A DNA stretch of 64,000 bases from Gordius albopunctatus (GCA_964276515.1 OZ193909.1:7812001-7876000), one strand, 5' to 3'. Shown: positions 39,901-53,550, numbered from the stretch's first letter. Made by a program: numbers and translations. The notes: generated by a model not told the origin, from the sequence alone.

Positions 39901-42900
39901 TGAAGAAGGTTTGACCCTTCTAGTTTTTGACTTAGGGACTTCTATATCGCAACTTTTCTTCTCCCTTATCTTGGCCAATTTGTACATAAGAATGTCAGCC
40001 CCTATGAACCAGTTTGTTTGTTGTCTCGGTATACGCAGCATTCTTCTCTATTGCAACGGCCTACTTCGCGGCTCTCTCAGCCTCCCAATATTCTTGATAA
40101 TTCTTCAACTTTTTTGCTTTCTTTCTTACGACGAAATCCCTAACCCATTACCATAGTTCCCTATTCAAAGCTTTGCCTCCTTTGGTCTGTTATAGAACCT
40201 GAATCGCCGTTTCCTTTATGTCGACAGTTAGCGTCTTCCAAACGTCTTTTACGTCTGTTCCAAATTTTGGCACCCAAGAGTGTGGATGCTTTTTTTGTTC
40301 ATCGACGTCTCATATAGCCTTTCGTTTTGGATTCGAGGTTTATATATCTTTTTCTTTCACTATCCAGAACAAGGGAACGATATTGCCTGGCGATTTCTTC
40401 TCCTAATATTACTTTGCAATCCTTGATCCTCCCAGATAGTCAGTTTGACTAAAGTACTTCCCACATCTAAGTTACAATTTCGCCTTTTTATAGCCATGTC
40501 GTATGCTTGGAATAGTTGGAGAAGTTTTTATCCTTCCTTGTTCTTCAGGTCATCTAAAGCCTCTATGGTTTCCTTCACACCCGAGGCGATCTTTCCCTAC
40601 GTAGCTTTTCTTCCAGTCCTATTCTTCTAATGGATTTATATGTCTTTCTCTGTGATTCCATACTACACCCAATTTTAATAGCATAGGCGCATATAACGGT
40701 TAGGGGGCCCCTGGCTCTGCAATCTTCACGCACATTAGTCTTTCTGAACAACCCTTGACTTCTATCACCTTGTTCATGAACGATCTACTTAGAACGATAA
40801 CGACCCCGTTTCTACAATTCGGTGACCCACTATGGAATAGCTTGTATTTCTCTCCTAATTCCCCAGCTTTAGTCCCGTCCCACCTGGCCTCTCGTGGCAA
40901 GCGATGTGTACCCTTTTTTCTTTTACGGCATTTGTGCCACCTCGATGCTCTTTTCCTTCAGCGTACTCACATTCTAGCATTGTTTTTTGCTCTCTCTCTC
41001 TCTCCGCCATAATTCTTTACCCGCCTTCCCTAGTGTAATTTTGCACTGCAGGGGTGGGAAATGCACTACTCAGCCTTTGTTTAGGACGCCCTAGCTTTCT
41101 ATTGTAGAGATTTATAGTGAAACTTTTATTTGAATATCATCATTTTGAAGATGGTTTTTATAGCCTGTTTCCGACCTGACGCCAACACTCCCCTTTTTCA
41201 CATGCACTTAAGACCGTCGTGATTAAAAAAAATATTTTTTTCGATCCCAACAAATAAGTGGGACTGGTTGGGAAGAATGTTTGAACACCCTTCCCCCTTT
41301 TTGCAATAATTAGATTTTTATTGCCATCCGTGTTTCCATTATTTAGACATCTATAAATTAACTCTATTTCAGGCGTATAATATCTTTTACATAAACCTTA
41401 ATAGAAGATTTTATGAAGTTGATATTGAACCCGGATCTCAAAGTGCCCCAAATTGATATCCTCTACCGTCAGTGTCAGCAAATTTACAGCAATTTTTTTG
41501 ATCAATCTTCGGCGGATCGGATAGATTTCGATGAACAGACAATTCATCAAATGAAGCAAAGTAAGTACTGCTACGCATACGGAATAACTAATACCTTCTA
41601 ATAATTGTCATCTACATCTTGATTTTAAAAGGCTATTTTGTGCGAAATAAGTAAAATATTTTGGAAATAACGTTTTTAACCTGAAATATTAACATATATA
41701 AGATATTAATTCTGCCGAGTTTAAATATAAATAGATGTTTTTTATTGAAAAATCTGTGCTTCTTGTTATTGGGGATGGGAGGCTTAATTAATGGAGAAGT
41801 GTTAAAAAGCCACGCTAGTTCTGCACCAAATTTTGGGCACTTTTAGCCATTGGTCAATTTGTTCAAACTAAATTATAATAGTTTGATATGACTTGAACTA
41901 GTGTCAAGATAAAATTGTCAAGGACCAAGCTAAAATAGCAGGAAATCTTATTATTGGGTAAAAACAAATTGTAAATGTTTTTTATGGATTTATAATCGGG
42001 AATGCCATGAAATATTATATTTATTAATTATAATTTATTTTTAACACCCTCGAATATTCTCGATAATAAACCCATAAAAATGTTCTTTACGAGGGTAAAA
42101 ATCTTGTGAAAATGTAAATAAATTTATTAGTATTTTTTATTTTCACCTTTAGTCAAAAAATTATTATTTATATATAAATATCGCTTGTATATCAAAATTA
42201 CATATATTGCTACCGAAATTTCATTACAGCAAATGTTACTATAAATGTTTTAATTTGTTTGATGTCGGAGATGTTTCCAGATTTTTAGCTCTCTCATGAA
42301 AACGGGGATTTTTTGAAGCAGTTAAACACTCTTTTTAGTTCATAATTACAATATATGATACAACCAAAAATAGCTCTATCTTTTTATTTCACTGCAAATT
42401 TCTACCATGAAAAGCTAATAGAACATTACTATCGTTTAAATTTTCTCCTGTTGGCTTTTCATTTTTTTCGACATGCTCTTCAACTCTTGCCACTATTACT
42501 GGATATATAAATATATTAGTAACCGAACAAAGTGCAAATAATGTGCTGCGTTTGCGTAACACGTCACCCCTCTATACCGCCCGAGAGCACGTCGTATCGC
42601 TACTGGAAAATATCTTTATACCCTTGTTCTGCAAAAGTTCTTCCGTATATTCCTAGCATTCTTTTCAAGATCATTGAACACACATTTGTCTTGGAATTTT
42701 TATATTTGATATTAAATATGTATATTTTATAGTTTAGTAATTGGGAGCTCGGTGGCAAAAGTATGTTTACCGCGGGAAAGAATAATGCCAAGTAATTATT
42801 TTGTAGCCTTTTCACTTCGCATACTTATTATCTGCTTGCTACATTTTTTTATCGTGCTATGTCAATATAGAGCGTCGAAAAAGGGATCAGAGATGCTTGT

Positions 42901-45900
42901 AGCAGTCTCAAAGTTGGGCAATCGCATCAAAGGCGCTTTCAAGACTTCCACGAGTATATATATTCAACAACTTGTTTAAATTACCCTATAGTTAAGAATG
43001 TTTATTAGTTTGTTTATGGCTTAACAGAAAGAATTAGATTTCATTCAAAATATTGTTCATCGGATACATTAAAGTTTTTGCAATTTGTTTAAGTAATTTC
43101 TTTAAAAGCACATGCTGATAGAATGCAGATTAGGCTTAAGCCGCTTGAGTTTCATTTTCCTATGATCAAATACTGGTTGTAGTCTTAAAGGACAGTTTTT
43201 ATTTCGAGATTTCAATATATTTTTAATATCAATGCCTCATTTTCGAACGAATTGAAAGACATATGGCTAAATATGAGACAATCACTCCGATCCGATGAGA
43301 CGCCTAAATGCCAATATTCTAAAATAAAATTTATATTTACTTTCCCCGTAATTGGATTTGATGGCCCAATTTTTCACGATTCTTATTGGTTCGACCCTTT
43401 AATCCTTCTTATAATTCTAGTCGATTGCTGTGCAACAATTTGCAATAATTTTATTTTTTCACTTGGATTCCTAATCGATACATATCAATATTCTGTTCGA
43501 ACTCGTTTTGACTTCCAAATAGTTATAATACTTCTGAAATGAATGCAAAAATATATTTTGGCTATTGCTAGATGTGTCTTATTTCGCCCATCCGATTCAT
43601 TATACATATTATATCTGTAATAACATTATTAATTTAAATTCAATTTCACCCCAAACATGATTTTAATCGTCGATATTCATTTATAATAATCAATGATATC
43701 AAGTTTTTTAGGTTAGTGCTTAAGTTATTTACATATCAGTTTTTTGCTTCTGTAGTTGATGGACAAATGATGGCAGAAGAGTGCTCAACCGAAAACGATG
43801 ACTCTGTAATTTAATCACATTATATATGTATTATTTCATTTACCCAATTGTTTTTACAATTCCTAACTCTATACTCCCTAAGCTTTAAAGCTTTTTTTTC
43901 GAACCCAGGAATACATGTTCTTTAGTTGCCCTTGATAATAACGAATCATTTAATATAGGTGGAGATCTAAACAAAATTCGTAAATCCATTTTCTTGCGTT
44001 AGTGACTCTTAACAAACGATCATATATTGCATACAATTCAAAAATTAAAGGCTTGAATACATTCAGAAAATTTATGTGAAACTTGACGACGCAATTTAAA
44101 AATATTTTTTTTAGTTCTTTAATCGAAATTTAATAAACTTTAATTGGAATTTGTCAACGAAATTCGTATTTTTGTGATAATATTATTCTGCTACGATTTT
44201 CCATAATTTTAATGTTTCAAATATTTTTCTAGGTTGAAGACGAAATTGGTTCGGTGGGTAACGATTTACCCGATTTAATGGGTCCGGGTGCAAACAGGGA
44301 CCTATCCACTTTCACCATAACCATTCCCAAAATTGAATCGCGTATAGAAGCTGGTGGCAAACAAAATTTTGTGTAAATTCTTCCTCTCTTTATATCTTGT
44401 TGTATCCACCCTATTTTTAACAAAAATTTCCATTTCCCAGGTTTGCCGCCTTTTATTCTCTAGGCTATTTTTGATTTTTGTGTACTTTATCACTTTTTAG
44501 GATCATTTAAATGCGTTCTATACATTTTTCAACGGTCACCCAATCCCTTAGTGAAAAAATACTATTTAGACTTATAACCCCACCCTTTTTTAATAATAAT
44601 ATGTGTCATCTGAAATACACCTTAAAATCGAAACTTAAATGACTTTGCGATCCAAAAAAATCAAAGCTTTTTAACATTTTATCACTATACGGCAATTTTG
44701 ACCCTCTAACCAACTATTTTTATTTCATATTCTGTCCTAGTTTATGAATATTTATTCACCATTCGGTACGATTTCGGGTCACTTATGCAGTGGTTTTTTG
44801 TCAAATTTTACCACCAATTAATGTTATAACCAATAAGCAAATAAATGATGTGGGAAAATAGCATTAATTGATTAACTATAACTTAGGGAAAAATTACAAT
44901 TATCCAGCCATCTTAGGCATATAAAAGCTTTTTTGTGATTATATTAATTTGTCTTGCAAATAAGCAATTTAATAATTTACTATGTATTATTTCGGAAAAA
45001 ATTGTTTTTATCGATTTTGGGCAGCTTCATTATCTACGTGCAAAAGCTAGAAAGTAATTCACCGACTGAAGCTTCGGCCTCTACGAGCGGTGGAACGATT
45101 GATGATATGGAAAATCCTTATTCATCATCACCCCTCAATCAAGAATCTTTGTGGTACGTAGAGAGGCGATACCCCGAATTCTATGTGTTGGAAAGCAAAT
45201 TGGCCGAATTTCATGGTACACATTTAGGGCTTATCTTATTAACTGCGCGCAATTCGGTTCTCATTTTGAGATTGTCAACGAAGTTCGCTATATTCATTAT
45301 ACAAAATTCAACTGAAATCTGTTTAGGGGAAATAAGAAGGAAGATTGATTTTTTACTCACTTCTAAAAGCACATTAATGAGTGCTATATTCTTCAGGGTT
45401 TTATATAAATATCCTTGTATTTAAACGAGGCATTTATTAATAACTTGAGAAAAGATATTGCGCCATACCTAAATTGGTTTTATTTTATTAGGCATGTTTG
45501 AAGACATACAACTTCCCGCTAAAAGGGTTTTTAGCGCCAAAGATTGGGCTTTTATAAATGCGAAAAAGCCTTTGTTTGAAAATTATTTGCAAAAATTGTG
45601 TAACAAATCAGAGTTGAGGAACAGCGAACTATTACACAATTTTCTTACGTCGCAAGAAGAATTTATATCAAGCTTCTTACCAGACATAAATATAGGTTAT
45701 TTGTCTTTTCAAAATTGAATCATCTCAACAACATATATATCACACATATTAAATTTATTTTTTTTGCTTTGATGTAGGTAAAATGTTCAAAGCTCCCTTG
45801 CGACTTCTACCGGAGGCAAGTTAATAGTTATTTGACTCATCATAATATATGTCCTTATTCAATGCTCAAGTCTCATTATGTTTGCTATATGTCTCAGTTG

Positions 45901-47861
45901 CTAAAATGTTAAATGTTCTTTTATCTTATCCGGTATCTTCCATTTGCCTAGCAGTTAATTAAAAAATTCATTTTTACATTTGATCCTAGGAACAAAAATT
46001 TGATTAAAGTTTTGTTGAACAGAACAAATAAGTTCCGTAATAAATCTTTTGATTTAACAGAAAGGGCAACATTTAGACCCCTTTTTGCAATCGTTCGTTG
46101 CATCGACCGAAACGGTTAAAATAAAAAACCGAAATTCGGCCTCTACTCCCCAAATGTTGCCGGATCATTTGGACCGAACATTTGCTAAACATTTGGTAAT
46201 TTTACCCACAATAATTTGTATGTTTTGTGAAGGAATCGGGTTTCTTCGTGGATTGATCCAAGTCATAACAGTTAAACTATGTTTAAGAAAGTGTACTTCC
46301 AAATATCATGATATTTATTTAACGCATACAATTATGCTTATGATGGATGGATCATATATATGAGGGCTTTTTGTAAGACAACCAAGGTTGAAATTATTGG
46401 CTTGTAGAATATCAGCTTTTAAATCTATCATTTAAAATTTTCTCAATTTGTGCAAATTATAAGTAGTTTAAAAAATCGGTTTTTTATTTTAAAGCTTGAA
46501 TAAAAATAAACCTGATTACCTTTTTAATGGGCAATTTTTTAATCATACTTCTGCGTCTCTAATCACCCTCATGTTGGAAAATCATTTTTTCGCTAATTAT
46601 AATATTAAATTTATGTTATTAAGTTTTAAAACTCACTATGTATATTTAATGGCACAGTACAACAATCCAATGTATGAAAGGTGTTTGGGGGTGGAGACAA
46701 ATTCAGGTAAAGGGCAAACTTCATCGCCGTCTCATGTTAAAAAGACCAACGGCGCGGGCAATAAAAAGCGCAAGCAGTACGCCATATCCGGCTTCTACGA
46801 TTACATCATTTACTTCTGTAAGCCGTGGTTTTTCTTACGCTTTTATTAAATTTTTATCAACTAAGATTAAACATAATTTTAGCTTATTTTGTAACAACAC
46901 TATGCCATCAACCTCCTAAACATATTATACTTTAACTGACATTCTTTGTCAACCCTTTTCATGCGTTATTTTTTAACCGTATTGGGAAAATTCTGCAAAT
47001 ATTATTTAAAGCTCTAAGTTGTTTGCACTTGCTCATAAGACGAATTTGGTGAGAGGGATTAGAGCTAATTTACATTCACTATATTATTACTTATACATTT
47101 ATTGTGGAAACAAGCTTTTATAGTAAAAATGCTGCTCAGAATTCATTTGAACCTCTATTTCGCATACTACAAAATATGTATGCACGATCTTACTAGGTTT
47201 CAACATTTTCCACGTACCAGAATGGATTATCAGAGTTCTTCTGGCTTTTCGACTTGGCATCAAACCCATCTTTGAAAGATACCTCGATACCAAACTTAAC
47301 CAAAAAATTATGCGTCTAGAGCACCCTGCCTTCATTGTGGACTTGATAAATATGTTACAAAGTTATTACCTCAATTAGTTTTATCGATACAATGTTTTGT
47401 TTAACACTTTAACTTCCCATTTAAAAGTAAAATGTACTTTGTATTTTATAAATTAATATAAAAATAATAATTTTAGACGCCATTTACCCCGATGAAATCA
47501 AACAAAAATCGGTCAAGGAATCGAAAAGTGAAATGGTTTCCCTTACTCAAAATATGAGCAAAGAAAAGAAGGCGGCTTACGCCTTGGAATTGTTACAAAA
47601 GCAAATGCATTCTTTGAAGTGGTTATTACCCGAAAAAAATATTCAAGAGGGCACACTCCTTCTTTTCGACTGTTTTCAGCACCCCATTCTAAACAAGCAT
47701 GTAAGAAGTTCCTTAATTTTATTTTAGTTATTAAATTTAAGACTTTTTTTCATAAATTTAATTGTATGTTTTATAAAATTTAGCTAACATATGTCCTGCT
47801 GGATACCATTATTGGAGAACTATTTCCAGAATTATCAGCACCAGTTGAAAAGCAAAAATAA
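30938..47861 (+). CDS. SNX14: Sorting nexin 14 (TM-PXA-RGS-PX-PXC), about 26 exons; start codon approximate
   Basis: FLELTLQHYILSWY; YLRHLTTELLPLLLP (about 32400-32559); LLQEILACRILLP (33106-33181); QDLLFIFMNFMKSEG (34911-35025); RGS exons 41406-41560 and 42520-42644; PX RRYPEFYVLESKLAEFHG (45025-45216); KGQHLDPFL (46061); LLFDCFQHPILNKH|LTYVLLDTIIGELFPEL, stop at 47859-47861. Confidence 0.93.
35311..35450. mobile_element. hAT-type MITE (CATGGGCGTAGCC family) in an SNX14 intron
   Basis: TIRs catgggcgtagcc / ggctgcccccatg; TSD AAAATCCA/AAGATCCA. Confidence 0.8.
35530..36140 (-). mobile_element. RTE LINE 3' fragment in an SNX14 intron
   Basis: Reverse-complement similarity to about 27065-27890, including the 3' UTR. 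Confidence 0.8.
36909..38700. repeat. Paralogue of the 21410-24520 composite plus an inverted Chapaev-type remnant, forming a long imperfect inverted repeat
   Basis: 37810-38040 (-) and 38150-38430 (+) both encode NLG.MS..QGERFHQ..RWNVSMMADHVW; arms about 37480-38070 versus 38130-38700. Confidence 0.75.
39431..39587. mobile_element. hAT-type MITE (CATGGGCGTAGCC family)
   Basis: catgggctcagcc ... gtcgcccatg; TSD ATTCTATG/ATTCTAAT. Confidence 0.75.
39685..41225 (-). mobile_element. RTE LINE 5' portion (endonuclease region) in an SNX14 intron
   Basis: RWDGTKAGELGEKYKLFHSG..RNGVVIVL; 5' motif ttggcgtcaggtcggaaac shared with 24891. Confidence 0.85.
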
Positions 47862-48051
47862 ATTGACTTCTTTGAACATTCCATGCATTAAATGTTAATT
47901 ATTTATTGTGCAATATTTTTAAATACGTTTTTTTGTAATGTTAACATAATATGCATACTAGCTATTTATAATATTTATACCAATTTATGAATATTAAATA
48001 GTAATAATTTCCAATATAATGCAATTAATTAATAAAATTGTTTAAAAATTA

Positions 48052-49178
48052 CATAGGTCTACAAATTTTGACTTTGTGATTCCATCCTGCAATCGGACCA
48101 ATAAACCTGATAGAGAATTTCGCGCTGATCACAAATATGTTTTTAGTTTTTTGAGATAAATAATGTTATAGGTGTAAAAAATGGCGTTTTGGGGGTATTT
48201 TGAAGTAGAATACCAACGCCATTTTAAATTTATATTGAAAAAAATTAGTGTTTTTGTGTAAATTTAAGTCTCATCTCCCCTTGTATTAATTTATTTTTTT
48301 TATTTCACCTCTATATTTACATTTATACGCGTTTACGTGAACCCCTTCCCCTTATCAAAATTCGCCCCACAACGTCTGTAAAAAGGAGTAGAGTAGAGTA
48401 CATACTGCGTACGCGATGTTTACTAACAAATATCTCTCTCCCTTCACCTACTCTCCTCTCTATCTCCTCCACTCCCGTCCCCTTCATGTGTGCTTGGATT
48501 AGAGGTGTGCACGGATCAATCCGATCCGGCAAAACTCGGATCGGATGGATATGAAATTTTTCAAAAACCCCTCGGATCGGATCGGATCAAAAAAATTTGA
48601 TCCGTGCACACCTCTAACGCGAATTAAACCAGAAAATTTAGATTCTTTATTATTTTTATATGATAATATAGAATTAGTCAAATAAAATTTTATATTTATT
48701 TCAGGTCTATTAAAATTGCATTACTTTATTTTTATGTATTTTGAATTTAATCATCAATAAAAAGTTATGTTCGTAAAATTTTAATTAAAAAATGTCGGAT
48801 CGGATTTAGATTTTAAAAAACTCGGATCGGATGGATATGAAATTTTTCAAAAACCCCTCGGATCGGATCAAAAAAATTTGATCCGTGCACACCTCTAGCT
48901 TGGATAGATATGGGGGCGGGAGTAGAAGAGATGGAGAAAGGGAGAGAGAGATGTGTTAGTTCACGTAAACGCGTATAAATTTAAATATAGAGGTGAAATA
49001 AAAAAAATAAATTAATAAGATGAGACTTCAATCTACACAAAAACACTAATTTTTTCAATATAATATCTAAAAAACTGGAAATTTTGGGGAAAAACTAAAA
49101 ACATATTTGTGATCAGCGCAAAATTCTCTATCAGAATTATTGGTCCGCTTGCAGGATGGTTTTTTTTGTAGACCTGTG
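48052..49178. mobile_element. Foldback-like MITE with about 300-450-bp TIRs and a 3-bp TTA TSD (Chapaev3/CMC-like termini)
   Basis: TTA|CATAGGTCTACAAA ... TTTGTAGACCTGTG|TTA; arms 48052-48480 and 48906-49178 are reverse complements with indels. Confidence 0.75.
48500..48897. mobile_element. hAT-type MITE nested at the centre of the foldback element
   Basis: TIRs TAGAGGTGTGCACGGATC / GATCCGTGCACACCTCTA; perfect 8-bp TSD GCTTGGAT; extra internal right end at 48599-48616; (CGGAT)n subterminal repeats. Confidence 0.9.
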
Positions 49179-50275
49179 TTATTAAAGGAACTTAACTGGT
49201 GCAAAATTGCTCATTTTAGTTGAGGATTAAAAATTAATTATTATAAAAACAGGAAAATATCATATTATAATTAAAGACAATTCTAATGTTTTGTTAAGAA
49301 TATGCAAAATATTAACTAAAATTTTTTTGCTTTTATATTGATCAATTAATATCCTTACCATCCTCTGGTGTTGTTAAACAGCGTGCAGTCTGAGTCTAAC
49401 ATTACAAATAATAAGTTAAAGTGTGATGCAAATTCATGATTTCCGTATTTTATAAATAGTAATTATTATTCGTGGATTCGTATATCAAAGTTATCCTTAC
49501 TAATTTTAAACTTTTTTGTATAGATCGCTCGATTTGGTATTTATATATTAAATAGAATGACTGGAGAACAGTGGATGTCGTTTGTAATAACATCACCTTG
49601 TGTATTATAAACTACACTGTTCTCTTAAATAATAATTAACATTGTGTATACTTGCTTAACAACCTCATTAAATGACTGTAAAAAAGAGACTCAACTTTAA
49701 AATTAGTGAGTTCCACTAAACATGAAAATAACACCATACGTTTTAAATACACCGTGCAAAGCAAAGCAATAACTCTTCTCTGCCAATTCCACACCCACAA
49801 CATTACGTGTCTGTGACCCCTTTAAAATTAATCTAGCGATTTTTAAATAATAATCCCAAAAAAACACCTATTTTTAAATACTTTTAAAAACTTACATTTA
49901 CTATAAATTTTTTCACTGATTTCACTTCTTATAACCTATGTTCTATTAGTTCGAACATTCAAAAAATACATTATTTGAACAAAAATGCTTTTTTGAAGTT
50001 TCCATATTAAATCCTGAGCAACAAGTCCAATATTCATTGTACACGTTATTTTAAACACCACTTTCGTGAAATAAACACTCGTAGGTTTTGAGTGTAAGGA
50101 AAAAAGAGGTAGACCGAAAATAGATATTATTATTATACATACTTTTTATATATATAACAGCGCTTAACAAGAAAACTTTGGATATAAATAAGTGTGGTTA
50201 TCGATGTATTATAAAACAGCTGAGTGCTTGACATCAGCGGGCTTCTGTCCTCCGTCATGAATCCTTTTAACAAAA

Positions 50276-52769
50276 CTAATAAAAACAGAGGGTGTGTAAG
50301 ATGGTGCGATTGCTACTGTGCTCAACTTCGGTCAGTATTTCGTCGATGTCATTATCCAAATCTTCCGATTCTCGCATGAGCTCGCATATTTCACAAATTT
50401 GAAAAGCGCCCAGAGTGGCTTCCTCTTGATTATCCGTGATATCCAAATTGACCACGTGTACGGATTGGTAGGAATTTGTGTAGGGCTGAGCAGAAGGCTG
50501 AGAAGCATTTAAGCCCGCCGAAGGTTCTGATAATGCTTGACGATTGCTACCCCTGCCCTATGTTTTAGAAATATGGATAAATACGGTATAAAAACACAAC
50601 TCAAAAGTTACTCCCTAGTTATAATAGCGGTGGTTATAGAGTGTCGAGGGTCTATTTTTTAATTAGACAACGAATCAAAGGGAATCATGCGTGAATCGGA
50701 TTCTTGGAAAAAAATTAAGAAACGGGGTTTATACTAATTAAACATGCCCATGTGATATTTGTCTGTTATTTTAATTTATTTTGTCTTTAATCAAGTAAGG
50801 ATATTTTTGGTTGATTAACGACGGAGTGCATATAAAAATAGCTATTAATTAATTAGTATAATAAATTTTATAAAAATAAGTTTTTTGATAGCTATTGGGT
50901 AAAATGAATAAAATGACCCCAGTCCCACACCAAGCCCAATTTCGTTTTTCCAAATCTTCCACAACTTGATCAAAAACCCGCTCCTCGCAAGTAAATACGA
51001 TGTCAAACATTTCTGGGGCCCCTGACGGTGCGGAGACATCATTGACCCCAGCGGAGAGCCCCGTTTTAGAGCTAATGATTTTGGTGAAGTAATCTTGGAA
51101 GCGCTCGGGTCTCGGTTTGATCCTCCGGTTACGATCTAGCATGTGCAAGATGCCGTTTTGCGTGTAATACCTAGTATGGGTGATAAAACTATTAGCACGC
51201 AACACCCGGTTGGTCATTTAAAAATAGAGACTATAATGGTGGAAAGGCCCCTTAAGTCCCCAAACATTAAGTAACTATCACTTTGTTATCTAAAAAGATT
51301 GGTGTTTCATTTATAAATTAGCTTTTAACCCCGTAGTTATATTCATATACAGAACGAGCCCAAGATTGTTCGCTAAAATTTTAAACGATTAAGGCTTTAA
51401 GAGATACCACTTGATCAATGGAATTTTACAATTTAAATCATGCCTGTTGTACAAATCATCTATCACAGGTATTTTATTAACCAATCTCAAGTTATAAATT
51501 GCAGGTTAATTTTAGAAGATAATAACAACCCCTTTCAGGAGTGCCCGCAATTAAATTAAAAGAATATTCTAATTAGCGCCATCTATAGGCAATTTTAATT
51601 AGAGACTAATTTGAACTATGTATATCCCAATCTTTTTAGTATGTGACTCGAAAATGATAGAGCTCATCAGTATGGCATAGTTAATTCTCTAGTCACACAC
51701 TAAGCGAGGAGATAGGTGTTATATATAATGCACATGCTCTAATAAGAGCGAAAACGTTATATGTCTGTTTTCATATGTGCATTATATATACCTATCTCCT
51801 CGCTTAGTGTGTGACTAGAGAATTAACTATGCCATACTGATGAACTCTAATAAGAGCGAAAACTTTAAGAAAAAAATCCTGTTGACATATTTGCGTTAGA
51901 TAAGTTTATATGTAGGCAAATGTGTTAAAACGAATTATATAATATTTTCATGATTGGCTTCGCAGTAGATGACAAGAATTAGTTTCAATTAATAACAAAA
52001 TTGTAGCGTTTGTCACAAATTAATTTATATACTGGGACATCATTTCTAGTTCTTCACAAATTGCATTGAGAAGCAGTCAAAATACCAAACCCATTAGAAA
52101 AAGGTTTAAAGAGCTGAAGAATAAGGAAAAAAGCATTGACGCCCAAATAAGCACTTTTAACACCATAAAAACCTCTTAATTATACGTCTAAATTTTTTGA
52201 AACTCCTAGATACAAAAATTAAAGCAATAAGATTTTGAGGGAAAAAATTTAAGCTTTTCTTAAAATAGGTTGTCTAGTTAGCAGCTACAAGGTACAACAA
52301 GAATATACCAATTTAGCTTTAGAAAACTCACTAAGATAAATTTATAAGTCAGATCAGAGATGAGACTTTAGCAAGAATCATGAAAGCATTATTGTGTTTT
52401 AGCTTAAACTTGGTTGTCCAGAAATATCCAACGAACCAATTGAATAAATAGCCACCAAATGCTGTAGCCAAACGGGGCTCTTTTTATAAACGATCTTCAA
52501 ATGTGGTTTAAAATGGTATATTTTAGGGAAAAAAATTGTAATGCCGATTGATACCCTTTGTCCATTTTCTCCAAATCTTTGTAGATGTAATCGTAGGTCG
52601 TATCGAAATCGTAGACGTTAGGCTTATCAGGCGCTAGACCGGGCAGTTTGACTTGACTCCCGGACCCAAATGAACGTACGTTAAAACCGCGTTTGGCTAG
52701 GAGGTGATGGGCTTCCATGCTTCGATTCATATTACTAGAACACACGACCGCTATCCTCAGATCCGACAT
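50276..52769 (-). CDS. SSU72: RNA polymerase II CTD phosphatase SSU72; exons 52769-52555, 51170-50918, 50557-50276 (750 nt, 249 aa)
   Basis: Catalytic [61 protein letters not shown] and terminal LHTLCFY*; GT-AG junctions keep the frame. Confidence 0.96.
51658..51849. repeat. Near-perfect inverted repeat (about 76-bp arms, 39-bp spacer) in SSU72 intron 1
   Basis: 51658-51735 is the reverse complement of 51775-51849 with one mismatch and one small indel. Confidence 0.92.
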
Positions 52770-53381
52770 TCTAACTTACCTATGTTCAATTAAAATATTT
52801 TAAGTGTATGAAATTCGGTGATATAAAAAGGTATAAAATATTCTATCCAGAGCCGCGTCGATGGAGATGTAGGTTAGACGATATATAGTAATGCCAATAC
52901 TTAGGAGAAAAAAATATTTATTTTTTAGAGCACTTTTTGATTGTGGACAGACAAAATAAACATACTTCCCAATTCACACACTTTAAAAATTCAAGGTTAG
53001 TAATATATAACTAAAGGTGAAAACTAATATACCTCTGACATTCATGGGCTCTAAATTTTAAAACCATTTTAAATATGATGAAAAAGAGTTTTAAAACGTT
53101 TCTATTTATTAACAAATTTTAATGTAAGATTCTTTTTAAATGTCAAATAAATACAAATTATTATATTAATTAAATGAGATAATATCCTATTCTTAACTGT
53201 ATAATTTTTTTATTCAATTTAAGAGCCTTGGCAACATAATAGTGGAAATTAATCCTATATATAAAACAAATTATATTCCTAAAAAAGATGTTGAATTATT
53301 ATGCTTTATATTGAGAACAAATTAAAGCTATTAAATGTTAACATTAGAAATATATTTAACTTGGTAATAATTATATATACA

Positions 53382-53550
53382 CATGGTTGTAGACAGCTGT
53401 GGAATTAGAGGGGGGCAATGATGATTTAGGGAGGGGCAAAATGATCATTTTCTGAAATTTTAGCCATAATATTAATTAATTTCAGCAAATTTTTGGATTT
53501 AGAGGGGGGCAGCCACCCCTCCCTGCCCCCCCCCCTTGGCTACGCCCATG
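53382..53550. mobile_element. hAT-type MITE (CATGGGCGTAGCC family) upstream of SSU72
   Basis: catggttgtagac ... ggctacgcccatg; TSD TATATACA/GATATACA. Confidence 0.8.
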
